From Acidobacteriota bacterium (GTDB taxonomy: Bacteria; Acidobacteriota; UBA6911): DNA of 64,000 nt. The stretch spans positions 3,072,001 to 3,136,000 of the forward strand of contig OY761556.1 in assembly GCA_963664705.1 (NCBI GenBank), written 5' to 3'. Made by a program: the position numbers and the translations under genes. The notes under the pieces are model-generated. The model searched no databases and had not been told where the DNA came from. It saw only the letters and a list, made by a program, of their open reading frames with translations. Below, piece after piece: positions 50,543 through 63,394 of the stretch (position 1 is its first letter; every line of letters begins with the position of its first letter).

Positions 50543-51172
50543 CTATGACTTTTTGATAATAACGTATCCGCCGTTGCGCCCGGGAACAGCACCCTTGACC
50601 ATTAGCAGGTTTTCCTGTTCCTGAATGCGTACCACACTGAGGTTCTGAACCGTTACCGCTTCATCGCCCATGTGCCCGGCAGCCCGCATCCCCGGCAAAA
50701 CACGGCTCGGGAAAGCAGAGGCTCCAATCGATCCGGGAGCTCTGTGGAACATGGAACCATGGCTTGCGGCGCCGCCACCGAAGTGGTGTCGTTTGATCAA
50801 TCCGGCAAACCCACGCCCTTTGCTGGTTCCAAGAATATCGACTTTATCCTTCGCCTGGAAAACCTGCGTTAACAGGATCTGCTCGCCGACATTGGGCATT
50901 TCAGCCCCATCCTGAAAGCGGAACTCACGCATAATCCGGCAGGGCGGAACACCGGCTTTCTTGAAGTGGCCAGTTCTCGGCTTGTTAACCCTGGAAGGAC
51001 GAATAAACTCTACGAGGCCCAGCTGGACCGATTCGTAACCATCCGTCTCCTTGGTCTTCTTCTGAACGACAACACAGGGTCCGGCTTTGATCACGGTAAC
51101 CGGAGTAACGATTCCGTTCTCGTCAAAAACCTGAGTCATCCCTACCTTAATACCAATCAATCCATCAACCAT
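50543..51172 (-). CDS. rplC: 50S ribosomal protein L3
   Basis: [14 protein letters not shown]. Confidence 0.97.
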   Translation of the reverse strand: MVDGLIGIKVGMTQVFDENGIVTPVTVIKAGPCVVVQKKTKETDGYESVQLGLVEFIRPSRVNKPRTGHFKKAGVPPCRIMREFRFQDGAEMPNVGEQILLTQVFQAKDKVDILGTSKGRGFAGLIKRHHFGGGAASHGSMFHRAPGSIGASAFPSRVLPGMRAAGHMGDEAVTVQNLSVVRIQEQENLLMVKGAVPGRNGGYVIIKKS

Positions 51173-51175
51173 ATC

Positions 51176-51330
51176 AGTTCCCGGTTCCCAGTTCCCAGTT
51201 CCCCGTTCCCAACTCCATCCGAACAGAGGAAACTCGGAGCTCGTTTTATTTCGCTTGCTGTTTCCCGGTCCCAGTCATCAACTTTCCAGTTCGCATTCAA
51301 TCATGAACTGGAAACTCTGTACTGGGAGCT
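51176..51330. repeat. Heptamer arrays (rpsJ-rplC)
   Basis: AGTTCCC-type x5 and GAACTGG-type inverted units. Confidence 0.75.
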
Positions 51331-51333
51331 CCT

Positions 51334-51660
51334 CTACTTGTGCTCAGTTCCGAAGGCCTTGATCTCGACGTCGATGGCGGCCGGCAAATCCAGCTTCATC
51401 AGAGCATCGACGGTCTGCGGTGTGGGCTCCAGAATATCCACCAGACGCTTGTGCGTTCGGATCTCAAACTGTTCGCGCGACTTCTTATCCACATGCGGGG
51501 ATCGAAGGACGCAAAACTTGTTTTTGACCGTGGGCAGAGGGATCGGACCCGAAACTCTGGAACCGGTACGCTTTGCAATATCCACGATCTCAGAGGTGGA
51601 TTGATCCAGCACCCTGTAATCGTAAGCCTTCAGCCTGATTCTTATTTTTTCATTCAGCAT
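51334..51660 (-). CDS. rpsJ: 30S ribosomal protein S10
   Basis: [15 protein letters not shown]. Confidence 0.97.
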   Translation of the reverse strand: MLNEKIRIRLKAYDYRVLDQSTSEIVDIAKRTGSRVSGPIPLPTVKNKFCVLRSPHVDKKSREQFEIRTHKRLVDILEPTPQTVDALMKLDLPAAIDVEIKAFGTEHK

Positions 51661-51671
51661 GGTCGTTCCGC

Positions 51672-52859
<1,188 letters not shown>

Positions 52860-52877
52860 ACATTCCTCCGAACCGAA

Positions 52878-54968
52878 TTACCCGACGTTCTTTCCACGGA
52901 TCTTCGAAATCACTTCTTCACTGACCGCCTTAGGCGCTTCCTCATAGTGAGAGAAGTGCATAGAGTACGTCGCCCGACCCTGGGTCATGGAGCGCAGGTC
53001 TGTGGAATAGCCGAACATTTCCGAAAGCGGTACCTTACATTGAATAATTGTCGAACTAAGGCGTCTCTCCGTTGATTCAACTCTCCCTCTTCGGGAATGA
53101 AGGTCTCCCGTGACGCCTCCCATAAACTCCTCGGGAACAACAACCTCTACCTTCATCATAGGTTCCAGGAGCACCGGTTTCGCCTTCCGGGCGGCTTCCT
53201 TCACCGCCATCGAGCCGGCAACCTTGAATGCCATCTCCGAGGAATCCACCTCGTGATAGGAACCGTCGATCAACGCTACCTTCACATCTACCATTTCAAA
53301 GCCTGCCAGCACTCCCGACTCCAGCGCTTCCCGGATTCCCTCTTCCACAGGCTTAATGTATTCCTTGGGAATCGCGCCGCCGATGATTTCATTGGCAAAC
53401 TCGAAGCCCGTTCCCGGAGCGGCCGGCTCCAGTATGATCTTCACATGTCCATACTGGCCGCGACCTCCGGTCTGTCGGATGAACTTCCCTTCCGACTCTG
53501 CACGCTGGCGAATCGTTTCCCGATAAGCGACCTGCGGCTTCCCGATGTTGGCCGCAACCCCGAACTCCCGAATCATGCGGTCCACGAGAATTTCCAGGTG
53601 AAGCTCGCCCATACCGGAGAGAATCGTCTGACCGGTATCCGGATCTGTGTGCACCCGAAATGTCGGGTCCTCACGAAGCAACTTATCCAGCGAAACGCCC
53701 AGCTTTTCCTGATCCCCTTTGGTCTTCGGCTCTATCGCAACCGAAATCACCGGCGCCGGGAACTCGATGGCTTCCAGCACCAGCGGATGCTGCTTATCAC
53801 AAATCGTGTCGCCGGTGGCAACATTCTTGAGCCCAACGGCCGCGGCGATGTCGCCGCAGTAAACCTCTTTAATCTCTTCGCGCTTGTTGGCGTGCATCTT
53901 GAGCAATCGTCCAACGCGCTCTACCGATTCCCGCGTGGAGTTGAACACGCTCGATCCGGACTTCAGCTGGCCCGAATAAACCCGGAAAAACGCCAGATGC
54001 CCGACAAACGGATCGGTCATAATTTTAAAGACCAACCCGGCAAACGGTTCATCATCCGAAGCATGTCGAACCGGAACCGTTCCGCCTTCTTCACTCACTC
54101 CCGTTACCGCCGGGACATCCAGGGGAGATGGGAGATAGGCAACAATCGCGTCCAGCAGCTGCTGAATTCCCTTATTTTTGAAGGCCGCGCCGCAAAGTAC
54201 AGGCACAAACCTGAGGCCGATCGTTCCTCGACGCAGAGCCGCTTGGATCAGGTCGTTGGGAATGCTTTCCCCATGGATGTATTTCTCCATGAGAGCATCA
54301 TCCGCTTCGGAAGCCACCTCGATCATACGATCTCGGTAAGAAGCGACCTCACCTTTGAACTGCTCCGGGATCTCCTCAACTTCAAAATCAGAACCCAGCG
54401 TATCTTCACGGAAAACAATCGCCTTTTGCTGCACCAGGTCGATCACTCCGCGAAATTCGTCTTCAGCCCCTATGGGGATCTGAACCGCGACTGGAACCGT
54501 ATCGAGCCGGTCGCGCATCATTTCAAGCACATGCGCGAAATCAGACCCGGGGCGGTCCATCTTATTCACAAAACCGATGCGCGGGACCCTGTATTTGTCG
54601 GCCTGCCGCCACACTGTTTCCGATTGTGGCTCAACGCCTTCTACTGCGCCGAACAGGGCCACCGCCCCATCCAGGACCCGCAAACTTCTTTCCACCTCGG
54701 CGGTAAAATCTACGTGACCGGGTGTATCAATAATATTGATACGGTGGTCATCCCAGAAGCAGGTGGTGGCAGCGGATGTTATCGTAATGCCCCGCTCCTG
54801 CTCCTGCTCCATCCAGTCCATCGTAGCGGTCCCTTCGTGAACCTCTCCGAGTTTATGCGTAATGCCCGTGTAATAAAGGATTCGCTCCGTGCAGGTCGTC
54901 TTACCGGCATCAATGTGCGCCATGATGCCGATATTCCTTGTTTGTTCCAAAGATGCAGAACGCCCCAC
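52878..54968 (-). CDS. fusA: Elongation factor G
   Basis: [17 protein letters not shown]. Confidence 0.98.
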   Translation of the reverse strand: MGRSASLEQTRNIGIMAHIDAGKTTCTERILYYTGITHKLGEVHEGTATMDWMEQEQERGITITSAATTCFWDDHRINIIDTPGHVDFTAEVERSLRVLDGAVALFGAVEGVEPQSETVWRQADKYRVPRIGFVNKMDRPGSDFAHVLEMMRDRLDTVPVAVQIPIGAEDEFRGVIDLVQQKAIVFREDTLGSDFEVEEIPEQFKGEVASYRDRMIEVASEADDALMEKYIHGESIPNDLIQAALRRGTIGLRFVPVLCGAAFKNKGIQQLLDAIVAYLPSPLDVPAVTGVSEEGGTVPVRHASDDEPFAGLVFKIMTDPFVGHLAFFRVYSGQLKSGSSVFNSTRESVERVGRLLKMHANKREEIKEVYCGDIAAAVGLKNVATGDTICDKQHPLVLEAIEFPAPVISVAIEPKTKGDQEKLGVSLDKLLREDPTFRVHTDPDTGQTILSGMGELHLEILVDRMIREFGVAANIGKPQVAYRETIRQRAESEGKFIRQTGGRGQYGHVKIILEPAAPGTGFEFANEIIGGAIPKEYIKPVEEGIREALESGVLAGFEMVDVKVALIDGSYHEVDSSEMAFKVAGSMAVKEAARKAKPVLLEPMMKVEVVVPEEFMGGVTGDLHSRRGRVESTERRLSSTIIQCKVPLSEMFGYSTDLRSMTQGRATYSMHFSHYEEAPKAVSEEVISKIRGKNVG

Positions 54969-54980
54969 GGATCAACCCCA

Positions 54981-55451
54981 CTACCACCGATAATGAGCAA
55001 AAGCCTTGTTGGCCTCCGCCATGCGGTGAGTGTCTTCCTTTTTCTTGATGGCGCCGCCACGATTGTTGGAAGCATCCAGAATTTCGGCTGCAAGCTTCTC
55101 TTTCATCGTTTTCTCGCCGCGCGATCTCGCGTTGTTGATAATCCAGCGAATAGCCAGAGACGTCCTTCGATCCTGCGGAACCTCAATAGGCACCTGGTAG
55201 GTGGCGCCGCCTACGCGACGCGACTTTACCTCGAGAATCGGCTTTACATTGTCCATGGCCTTTTTGAAGACTTTCACCGGGTCTTCTTTGGCACGATCTT
55301 TGACGATTTCGAGGCTGCCGTAAAAAGCTCCTTCGGCAACGCTCTTCTTCCCTTGAATCATCATGCAATTGACGAATTTGCTAATGAGCGTGCTTCCAAA
55401 CATCGGATCGGGTAGCGTCTCCCGTTTCGGTACTTCTCTTCGCCTCGGCAT
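54981..55451 (-). CDS. rpsG: 30S ribosomal protein S7
   Basis: MPRR.., [13 protein letters not shown]; start moved to 55451. Confidence 0.97.
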   Translation of the reverse strand: MPRRREVPKRETLPDPMFGSTLISKFVNCMMIQGKKSVAEGAFYGSLEIVKDRAKEDPVKVFKKAMDNVKPILEVKSRRVGGATYQVPIEVPQDRRTSLAIRWIINNARSRGEKTMKEKLAAEILDASNNRGGAIKKKEDTHRMAEANKAFAHYRW

Positions 55452-55489
55452 ACTTAAAGATCTCCCAAAACCTCTACAGATACTGATTA

Positions 55490-55590
55490 CTGTTAGGGTG
55501 AGGATTCCCACTTGAGCGAATCCTGCCGGCTTCTGGCAAGCGCCGGGTCGTCAGATACTCGGCGGGTTTGTATCGCTCACCCTGAAACAG
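55490..55590 (-). promoter_or_regulatory. Multi-branched RNA structure in the rpsL-rpsG spacer
   Basis: Nested pairings UGAGCGA/UCGCUCA, CGCCGAGU/ACCCGGCG, UGCCAG/CCGGCA, AGGG/CCCU. Confidence 0.45.
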
Positions 55591-55607
55591 TAGTTATAAA
55601 GAAGTGA

Positions 55608-55982
55608 TTAGCTTTTAGGCCGCTTGGCACCATACTTGGAACGGGAATTCTTCCTGTCCTGAACTCCAACGGAATCCAACGTCCCCCGAACCACATGATA
55701 CCTAACCCCGGGGAGATCCTTGACACGTCCACCGCGAATCAAAACGATGGAGTGTTCCTGCAGGTTGTGCCCGATGCCAGGAATATAGGTTGTAACCTCG
55801 ATTCCATTGGTCAAACGAACACGCGCAACTTTACGCAAAGCAGAGTTGGGCTTTTTGGGTGTAGACGTGTACACCCTTGTGCATACTCCGCGGCGCTGGG
55901 GACTCCCCTGCAAAGCCGGACTCTTCGTCTTATAACGAATCTTCTTTCGGCCAGACCGTACCAGCTGATTGAAGGTCGGCAA
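55608..55982 (-). CDS. rpsL: 30S ribosomal protein S12
   Basis: [17 protein letters not shown]; TTG start. Confidence 0.98.
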   Translation of the reverse strand: MPTFNQLVRSGRKKIRYKTKSPALQGSPQRRGVCTRVYTSTPKKPNSALRKVARVRLTNGIEVTTYIPGIGHNLQEHSIVLIRGGRVKDLPGVRYHVVRGTLDSVGVQDRKNSRSKYGAKRPKS

Positions 55983-56083
55983 ACTTTGCTCTCCTTATAA
56001 ATAAAGTCAACACACAACCAGGGACATCTTCCCTACATTAGTCAGCGCCCCTAGCCGTGCCTATTACAGCGAAAAACCTGACG

Positions 56084-56112
56084 AATATAGCAGACGGCTA
56101 AAATCGTGTCAA
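56084..56112 (-). promoter_or_regulatory. sigma70 promoter of the str operon
   Basis: TTGACA-17 nt-TATATT. Confidence 0.75.
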
Positions 56113-56228
56113 GCAAATGAGATATTTGAAGATTCTTTATTTTTGGCTGCCCCGACGTGCCCTTTTTTTCGCTCGTATTCAGTGGCTGAATCGGCACAAA
56201 AAGGACCAGGCAAACCCTCTACAGCCTG

Positions 56229-57380
56229 TTAAATCTTCTTCAATGCTTCTTTCATCCGGTCTAGGGCATGTACCAATTTTTGTCGTGGACATGCAAAATT
56301 CAAGCGGACGAAATTTTCTCCGCCCTTCCCGAATTCGGTTCCGTCATTAAGTGCAACACGGGCCTGATTCAGGAAAAAATCAGCCGGATTTTTAATAATA
56401 CCCGTTTCACTGCAATTTAGCCAGCATAAATATGTCGATTCCACACGATTTATGCGAATTGATGGCATTTTTTCCCGCAGGTAATCATAAATGAAGTCTC
56501 TATTGGATTGAAGATAGGCCAGTACCTGATCCAGCCACTCCTGCCCCTCGGTCATCGCGGCCAGGGCGGCCACGTGTCCCATGATGTTCACGCCCGGAAT
56601 AAGTCCATAACTGAATTCTTTCCACCGGTTGCGCAGATCCTTGTTCGGAATGATCGCATAACCGCACTCCAGGCCGGCGATATTATACGTCTTGCTCGGC
56701 GCCATCAGCGTGATAGTGCGGTCCTCCACTTCCGGCGCAATCGTGGCAATCGGGATGTGCCGGTGTGGCGAATAAACCAGGTCACAGTGAATTTCATCGG
56801 AACAGATGATCAGGTTGTGGCGAAGACAAATCTCCGCGAGTCTCTCCAGTTCCGGTTTTGTATAGACCCGGCCCACCGGATTATGCGGATTGCAAAGCAC
56901 AAACACGCGCGTTTCTTTTGTAATCGCTTTTTCAAAGTGATCGAAATCGATTTCGTACGTATCTCCGCGTGGAACGACGGGCGGATCCTGAAGAATTCTT
57001 CCGTGCTGCTGCGGATCGCGCAGAAAATGAAAATAAACCGGAGGCTGTGCAAGGATCGCCTCTCCCGGAGCGGAAAAAGCCTGAAACGCAATGTTCAGCC
57101 CCGTCACAATCCCAGGCAGAAACACAACCATAGGCTCACCCACAGTCCACCCGTACAGCCGCTGCAAACGGTCAAGGATGGCCAGGGTCAACTCCCGGGA
57201 GGGGCGGCTGTAGCCGAACACGGCATGGTCGACCCTGTGATGCAGCGCCCTGATAACAGGTTCAGCGGAAACAAAATCCATGTCCGCCACCCATAAAGGC
57301 AGGACATCCTCCGGATGCAGGCTCCACTTGATGCTGTCGCTATTCCTTCGCTCGACGATCTGGTCAAAATCGTATTTCAT
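56229..57380 (-). CDS. PatB/MalY family C-S lyase (PLP)
   Basis: LWVADMDF, CNPHNP.G, SDEIH, SKTYN. Confidence 0.92.
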   Translation of the reverse strand: MKYDFDQIVERRNSDSIKWSLHPEDVLPLWVADMDFVSAEPVIRALHHRVDHAVFGYSRPSRELTLAILDRLQRLYGWTVGEPMVVFLPGIVTGLNIAFQAFSAPGEAILAQPPVYFHFLRDPQQHGRILQDPPVVPRGDTYEIDFDHFEKAITKETRVFVLCNPHNPVGRVYTKPELERLAEICLRHNLIICSDEIHCDLVYSPHRHIPIATIAPEVEDRTITLMAPSKTYNIAGLECGYAIIPNKDLRNRWKEFSYGLIPGVNIMGHVAALAAMTEGQEWLDQVLAYLQSNRDFIYDYLREKMPSIRINRVESTYLCWLNCSETGIIKNPADFFLNQARVALNDGTEFGKGGENFVRLNFACPRQKLVHALDRMKEALKKI

Positions 57381-57522
57381 GGAAAAAGTCTCCGCAAAAT
57401 CCCCAGGCCCAAAGATTTCAAGTATATGACAAATTTTCCCTGAGCCCCGAAACTTTGTCGCGGCTGCAAATATTTTCGCTCAACTCCGCCGCGCTTCATT
57501 AGATAAGCGAGGAGGAACAAAA

Positions 57523-57900
57523 ATGGGAACACTGAACCGAGTGATGCTTATTGGACGATTGGGCCGGGATCCGGAGGAACGATCGACAGCCAACGGCACG
57601 CGGGTATCCAACTTCTCATTAGCAACCGATACCTTTCGCGGAAATAATGCAGACAAAACGACCGAATGGCACAGAATTGTGGTGTTCGGAAAAATTGCGG
57701 ACATATGCAGCCAGTATCTGAGAAAGGGGCAACTTGTCTTTGTCGAAGGATCACTGCAGACGCGCTCGTGGGAAAAGCCCCCGGGAGAAAAACACTTTAT
57801 GACCGAGGTGGTCGGTTCGCGCATCACCTTCCTGGAGCGCAAAAATGGGGAGTCTCACGCTACCGTCGCGGCGGATGAGGAATCCGGCGAGCCGTTCTAA
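57523..57900 (+). CDS. ssb: Single-stranded DNA-binding protein
   Basis: NRVMLIGRLG.DPE, TEWH, acidic C-terminal PF. Confidence 0.93.
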   Translation: MGTLNRVMLIGRLGRDPEERSTANGTRVSNFSLATDTFRGNNADKTTEWHRIVVFGKIADICSQYLRKGQLVFVEGSLQTRSWEKPPGEKHFMTEVVGSRITFLERKNGESHATVAADEESGEPF

Positions 57901-57999
57901 GTTGCACCCGCCATTTTATGCCCCGATGGAGAGGAGACGTCCCAGGCAAGAACCGGAAAATGGGAACTGGCTTCGCTGTGTTATAATCGTTTCCTGACT

Positions 58000-60249
58000 A
58001 TGGTTTCCCGAAATAATACCGCTTCCGGCAAACGCGACGGAAAACTACCATTCTGGCTTTGGCTGTTTTTTGGCTGCCTGATCCTTGCCTTCGCGGCCGC
58101 CGGATCAGCTTTCGGCATTCTGCTTGGCTACGAGTATAATTTGCCGAAGATTCAGAGTCTCGAGGATTATCGCCCGGACGTCATCACGGACGTTTACTCG
58201 GACGACAACAAGGTAATCGGGGAGTTTGCCATTGAACGACGGATCATCGTCTCCTATGACGAAATCCCTCCCTATCTCCAGCTTGCCATCCTTGCCGCCG
58301 AGGACTCCCAGTTTTACAACCATTCGGGCATCAATTATTTCTCCAACCTTCGAGCTTTGTACCGGGATGTCACCCAGATGCGAATGGCCGAGGGAGCCAG
58401 CACCATAACGCAGCAACTGGCGCGAATGCTCCTCGGCAGCTATGAAAAGACGGCGGATCGCAAAATAAAAGAACTGCTGATTGCCTGGAAGATTGAGAAA
58501 CAATACTCCAAGCAGCAGATACTGACCCTGTACTGCAACCAGCACAACATGGGGCGCGGGATCTACGGCGTTGCAGCCGCAGCCGAAAGCTACTTCGGAA
58601 AGCCGCTGAAAAACCTCTCTCTGGAAGAATGCGCCCTGATCGCCGGACTACCACGCAACCCAACGCTCTACTCCCCTATCCTTCGGCCGGATTCCGCATT
58701 AAAGCGGCGAAACTGGGTGCTGGACAGGATGGTTGCCGAGCACATGATCTCTGCCAAGCTCGCGACGGAAGCTAAAGCCAAACCCATGGTCATCAAAAAG
58801 GCCGAGCATGATGACACGGAGATTGCCCCGCACTTTGTTGAATGGGTCCGGGAATCGCTCGCGGCGCGATACTCCACAGACGAAATCTGGAGAAAAGGAC
58901 TGCAGGTATACACGACGCTGAATATACAAATGCAGCAGGCCGCGAGAAAATCCCTGCAGGACGGACTGCGGGAGTATGACAAGAAGCGCGGCTGGCGCGG
59001 GCCGATCGGCAATGTCTTGAATATGCCATCTGCCAGCATGGCCACGTATTTTCATCCGAGCTGGCGGCATAACCTGCAAATCAATGACGTATCGGTGGGG
59101 CTGGTGGAGGATGTGGGGAACGCGGAAGCTACCGTGCGAATCGGCGGCTTTCACGGCACCCTTATATCAAAGGATATCGTTTGGACCAAATCAAGTTCCT
59201 TGCGGCAGATCCTGAAGCCCGGGGACCTGGCCTATTTCAAAGTACTGTCGCGCGACGATGCCGCCCGCAAACTGACACTGGCATTGGACCAGCGACCAGC
59301 GGTTGAAGGTGCCATCATCATCCTGCAAAACAGCACGGGCGAAATCAAAGCCATGGTCGGCGGATACGATTTCGAATCCAGCGAATTCAACCGAACCACG
59401 CAGGCATTGCGCCAGGTGGGGTCCACCTTCAAACCGATAGTCTACTCAACGGCATTTGAAAAGGGAATGACGCCGGATACAACAGTCCTCGATGCCCCGC
59501 TCAGTTTCAGAGACAACCTGGGACGAACCTGGACGCCTGGCAACTATGACGGCAAATTCAAAGGGACGATCACCATCCGGCAGGCACTGACGGAATCCAG
59601 GAACATCCCGACAATTCGAATTGCCTCGCTGCTGGGGATCAAAAATGTCGTGGTAATGGCGCGGCGCTTCGGAATCACAAGTGCACTGGATCCCTATCTG
59701 CCTTTGGCCATCGGCGCCTGCGAGGCCACGCCCCTGGAGATGGCCTCTGCATTCACGGTATTTCCCAACCTCGGGATGCAGGCAAAGCCCTATTTCATTC
59801 GCAAAGTTGAAGATTACGATCGGTCGAAGAAAGAGGAAAGCACTCCACAGAAACACCAGGTCCTCAACCCGGAAATCGCCGAACAAATGCTCGGGCTCCT
59901 GCAGAATGTAGTCCAGAATGGCACGGCAACGGCAGCCAAGTCCCTGGGCAGGCCGATTGGTGGGAAGACGGGAACAACCGACAATTTTACCGATGCATGG
60001 TTTGTAGGATTCACGCCATCCCTGACGGCGGCAGTCTGGGTCGGGTTTGACGCCAAGAAATCGCTGGGCGACAAGCAAACCGGTGCCGCGGTTGCGCTTC
60101 CCATCTGGATTGAATGTATGAAGGAAATCCTGAAGGACAAACCTATCGAGAATTTCGCAACCGTCGAATTGTCCGGCGCCTCATCAGAAGACGAAAAGCG
60201 TCTCTATATAGAAAATATTCCAGGCACCCCGCAGCACCCCTCCAATTGA
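58000..60249 (+). CDS. Penicillin-binding protein 1A family
   Basis: AED..F..H.G, GASTITQQ, STFK, SRN, KTGT. Confidence 0.94.
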   Translation: MVSRNNTASGKRDGKLPFWLWLFFGCLILAFAAAGSAFGILLGYEYNLPKIQSLEDYRPDVITDVYSDDNKVIGEFAIERRIIVSYDEIPPYLQLAILAAEDSQFYNHSGINYFSNLRALYRDVTQMRMAEGASTITQQLARMLLGSYEKTADRKIKELLIAWKIEKQYSKQQILTLYCNQHNMGRGIYGVAAAAESYFGKPLKNLSLEECALIAGLPRNPTLYSPILRPDSALKRRNWVLDRMVAEHMISAKLATEAKAKPMVIKKAEHDDTEIAPHFVEWVRESLAARYSTDEIWRKGLQVYTTLNIQMQQAARKSLQDGLREYDKKRGWRGPIGNVLNMPSASMATYFHPSWRHNLQINDVSVGLVEDVGNAEATVRIGGFHGTLISKDIVWTKSSSLRQILKPGDLAYFKVLSRDDAARKLTLALDQRPAVEGAIIILQNSTGEIKAMVGGYDFESSEFNRTTQALRQVGSTFKPIVYSTAFEKGMTPDTTVLDAPLSFRDNLGRTWTPGNYDGKFKGTITIRQALTESRNIPTIRIASLLGIKNVVVMARRFGITSALDPYLPLAIGACEATPLEMASAFTVFPNLGMQAKPYFIRKVEDYDRSKKEESTPQKHQVLNPEIAEQMLGLLQNVVQNGTATAAKSLGRPIGGKTGTTDNFTDAWFVGFTPSLTAAVWVGFDAKKSLGDKQTGAAVALPIWIECMKEILKDKPIENFATVELSGASSEDEKRLYIENIPGTPQHPSN

Positions 60250-60420
60250 CGATTGACGATTTACGAGTGACGATTGAACAACCAATCCGATCTCGAAAAT
60301 CCTGGTTTAGTGGAGAAGTAAGAGCTTCGCACACACTCTTGGGTTTCCGTGGCAACACAACCTACTTCGATCCGGAATCGTGCGTGCTGTTCAATCGTCA
60401 ATCGTAAATCGTCAATCAAT
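60245..60420. repeat. Heptamer inverted array between convergent genes
   Basis: ATTGACG-type x4 + ATTGAACA / TGTTCAAT + CGTCAAT units, about 107-nt spacer. Confidence 0.85.
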
Positions 60421-61394
60421 TAGCGGTCCCGCTCGACGATGTAGTCTGGAATGGACATCAGGGCATCGCGGGCTTTGGATGGCGGAAAATCCTCGAGGCA
60501 GGCTTTTGCTTTAGCGCCAAATGCGTGCGCTTTTTCAAGCACGCGATCGGCGGATCCGTAGTCGCGCACAAGCTGAATCACTGTGTCCTGCATCTCCCGG
60601 TCGAGCGTGCGGTTTTGAAGGGCATTCCGGACCAGGTCACGGTGCTGCGGCTTTCCATCGCGCATAAGGTAGATGAGTGGAAGCGTCAGCTTCCCTTCTT
60701 TGAGATCGCTCCCCACCGGCTTTCCAAGCGTGCTCTCATTGGAGGTAAAATCCAGGACATCGTCCACCAACTGGAAAGCCAATCCCACGTTGAGCCCATA
60801 CTGCCGCAGGCTGTCCTCTTTTTCTTCTCCGACAGATCCCAGGATGGCACCGAGTTGGGAACAGGCAGAAAAAAGAAACGCCGTCTTGCGGATCGAAATT
60901 TCCATGTGCTGTTCTTCGGTGATATCCAGGTTGCCGTTATGCGTCAGCTGGATGAGTTCGCCCTCAACCATCTTGCGCGTCGCTTCGATCAGCACATCCA
61001 GCACTTTGAGCTGCCGTTCGCCCAAAGCCAGCCGGAACGAGGTCATGTAAAGCCAGTCGCCCATGAGGACGGTGATCTCATTGCCCCACTGAACATTCAC
61101 CGAAGTGCGTCCTCTCCGGACATTCGCGTTATCAATAATGTCGTCGTGGATCAGCGTCGCCGAGTGGATCATCTCGACCACCGCGCCCAGTCGAGGCCCG
61201 ATCGGCCCGTCATAGCCGCACACCTGGGAACCCAGAAGAAGGATCGCCGGCCGGATGCGCTTCCCGCCGCTGCTGCAGATATATTGACCGATCTGGTCGA
61301 TTAACGGGACGCCGGAATTCGAATGACGAGTAATTTCCTCGTCTACCTGCGCCATTCTTTGCTCGATCAACTTATATATTTCGCTTGGAGTCAA
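60420..61394 (-). CDS. Polyprenyl diphosphate synthase
   Basis: GGKRIRP, HDDIID, DDVLD. Confidence 0.93.
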   Translation of the reverse strand: MTPSEIYKLIEQRMAQVDEEITRHSNSGVPLIDQIGQYICSSGGKRIRPAILLLGSQVCGYDGPIGPRLGAVVEMIHSATLIHDDIIDNANVRRGRTSVNVQWGNEITVLMGDWLYMTSFRLALGERQLKVLDVLIEATRKMVEGELIQLTHNGNLDITEEQHMEISIRKTAFLFSACSQLGAILGSVGEEKEDSLRQYGLNVGLAFQLVDDVLDFTSNESTLGKPVGSDLKEGKLTLPLIYLMRDGKPQHRDLVRNALQNRTLDREMQDTVIQLVRDYGSADRVLEKAHAFGAKAKACLEDFPPSKARDALMSIPDYIVERDR

Positions 61395-61495
61395 TGGACA
61401 CTCTCAACCGCAGTCAACACCGGCAACACAAAAGGATCAAACCGTAACCCGGAACGATCTTACCATAGGTACCGGAACACCGATATCAAATCCAT

Positions 61496-61837
61496 CTACT
61501 TGAGAATGGCTCCGTTAGGAACCTCTTCGGCAAATGTGGCCAGCACCGGCTTCCCATCAATGGAAGCAGCGACAATCATCCCGTTGGATTCTACGCCCAT
61601 AAGTTTGGCCGGCTTGAGGTTGGCGACAATAACAACCTTTCTGTTTAAAAGGCTGGCGGGCTCATAGGCTTCCGCGATCCCCGCGACTACCTGCCGCACT
61701 TCCGTTCCTATATCCACCTTGAGCTTGATGAGCTTCCTGGAATTTTCGATCCGCTCCGCTTCCAGAATCTGTCCCACGCGCATTTGTACCTTGGCAAATT
61801 CCTCGATACTGATCTGAGAAAGCAATTCTTCCGACAT
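61496..61837 (-). CDS. Stand-alone tRNA-binding OB-fold protein (MetRS C-terminal/Trbp111/CsaA-like)
   Basis: RQVVAGI, NLKPAKLMGVESNGM. Confidence 0.88.
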   Translation of the reverse strand: MSEELLSQISIEEFAKVQMRVGQILEAERIENSRKLIKLKVDIGTEVRQVVAGIAEAYEPASLLNRKVVIVANLKPAKLMGVESNGMIVAASIDGKPVLATFAEEVPNGAILK

Positions 61838-61918
61838 TTTATATCCTTTTTCGTCTGGGAAAATGCCGCACCTGGCATTCTGCCGGCAAGATGCCGGCGC
61901 TCCCAGTGATCCTGGCGA

Positions 61919-63133
61919 TTAGTGCTTCGATTGCAGATATGCATGAATCGCTGAAGACTGAACCTCCTTCAGCGCCACGCCTTTTTCCGCCGCAAGACGA
62001 CGGCAGTCCTCAAATTCCGGAACGAAGTTCACCGCGCTGCCGTCCAGGAGGGACACTTTCATTGAAACCTCCCCGAAAGCGGTCTGAACCTTTGAAAACT
62101 CACGCCGAAGTGTTTTGCGATGAGCGGTCGTGTACCGGATCCCGATGGTTGTGGTCTCGCGGAAAATCACTTCCGCAACCTTGTCCACATCGGAAACAGC
62201 GCAAATGCAGGTGACCTTCAACGCCGGCCGATTCTTCTTCATCTGGATGGGGGTCGCATAGACGTCGAGAACCCCGGAAGCCAGCGCTTTTTCCTGAAAG
62301 TACCCATAAACCTGGGGACTCATATCGTCAATGGTCGCATCAATGACCGCTACCTGGGTTTCCGGAGAAATACCGCAGCCCACAACCATTTCGCCCAGAG
62401 TAACCCTTAAAACATTCGCATTCCCGGGAGTCTGACGAGACCCGGCCCCGTAACCGGAGTTCAGAATTTTCATCTCAGGACGGGTTCCAAAGCTCTCTGC
62501 CAGCGTCGTGACCAGCGTCGCTCCCGTTGGAGTGGTCAATTCGCCCGTAACCGCATTGGAAAATACGGGAATGCCCTTGAGAAGCTCTTGAACGGCTGGC
62601 CCCGGAACCGGATAGGTACCGTGCTGGCATTCCAGCGTTCCCTGCCCCAGATTTATGGACGAGGACAGAATCCGGACCGGCAGGAAGGGTTCCAGCGCAA
62701 TCATGGCTCCTACAATATCCACAATCGAGTCGACGGCGCCAACCTCATGAAAATGCACTTTCTCGGGCGGCTGGCCATGCACCTTCCCTTCCGCTTCAGC
62801 CAGTTTTTGGAAGGCGGCAATCGATTGCTCCCGTACCCAGGGAGAAAGCTCACTCGATTCAATCATCTTGCGGATATCCGCAAATGTCCGGTGATGATGG
62901 GAATGGCCCACCTGGACGTTGAATTTGGTAGCCTGAACTCCGGATCGGTTGACTTTCTCCACGGAAAGCTCATAGCCCTTCAACGGCAGCAGAGCAAGCT
63001 TGGCCTTTAAGTCATCCAAGCCGAAACCGAGGTCGAGAAGCGCCCCAACCATCATGTCGCCGCTGATTCCGGAAAACGGTTCGATAAACAACACCTTCTG
63101 CCCGGCAGTTTGCAAAGTAGTATCTGTCATCAT
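61919..63133 (-). CDS. larC: Nickel pincer cofactor biosynthesis protein LarC
   Basis: SGISGDM, His-rich loop, HFHEVGAVDSIVD, MKKNRP, PEFED. Confidence 0.93.
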   Translation of the reverse strand: MMTDTTLQTAGQKVLFIEPFSGISGDMMVGALLDLGFGLDDLKAKLALLPLKGYELSVEKVNRSGVQATKFNVQVGHSHHHRTFADIRKMIESSELSPWVREQSIAAFQKLAEAEGKVHGQPPEKVHFHEVGAVDSIVDIVGAMIALEPFLPVRILSSSINLGQGTLECQHGTYPVPGPAVQELLKGIPVFSNAVTGELTTPTGATLVTTLAESFGTRPEMKILNSGYGAGSRQTPGNANVLRVTLGEMVVGCGISPETQVAVIDATIDDMSPQVYGYFQEKALASGVLDVYATPIQMKKNRPALKVTCICAVSDVDKVAEVIFRETTTIGIRYTTAHRKTLRREFSKVQTAFGEVSMKVSLLDGSAVNFVPEFEDCRRLAAEKGVALKEVQSSAIHAYLQSKH

Positions 63134-63177
63134 GTCCTCAAACTTTTGAGTCTATGGGGCACACGATCTGAAGTCAA

Positions 63178-63334
63178 GTATAGTAGTCAGTAGTCAGGAG
63201 TCAGGAGTCAGGAGTCAGGGGATTTTCGTTTGACGCTTTTTAGTTTTGACTAAAACGCCATTCCAAGCATCAATCTATATCAGGTCAAGACACCTTATCC
63301 TGTATCCTCATATCCTGTATCCTCATTCCTGAAT
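63178..63334. repeat. Heptamer arrays upstream of argS
   Basis: AGTAGTC/AGGAGTC x5 and TATCCTG-type units. Confidence 0.75.
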
Positions 63335-63394
63335 CGTGTATCATGCAATTTGTGAGTAGGATGGCAATATTCTCTTTATTGATGGAACGAAACG

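Noticed and set aside
61864-61906. GCCGGCAAGATGCCGGCGCTCCC REP-like palindrome
   Set aside because: Single copy in this window, so a repeat family cannot be supported
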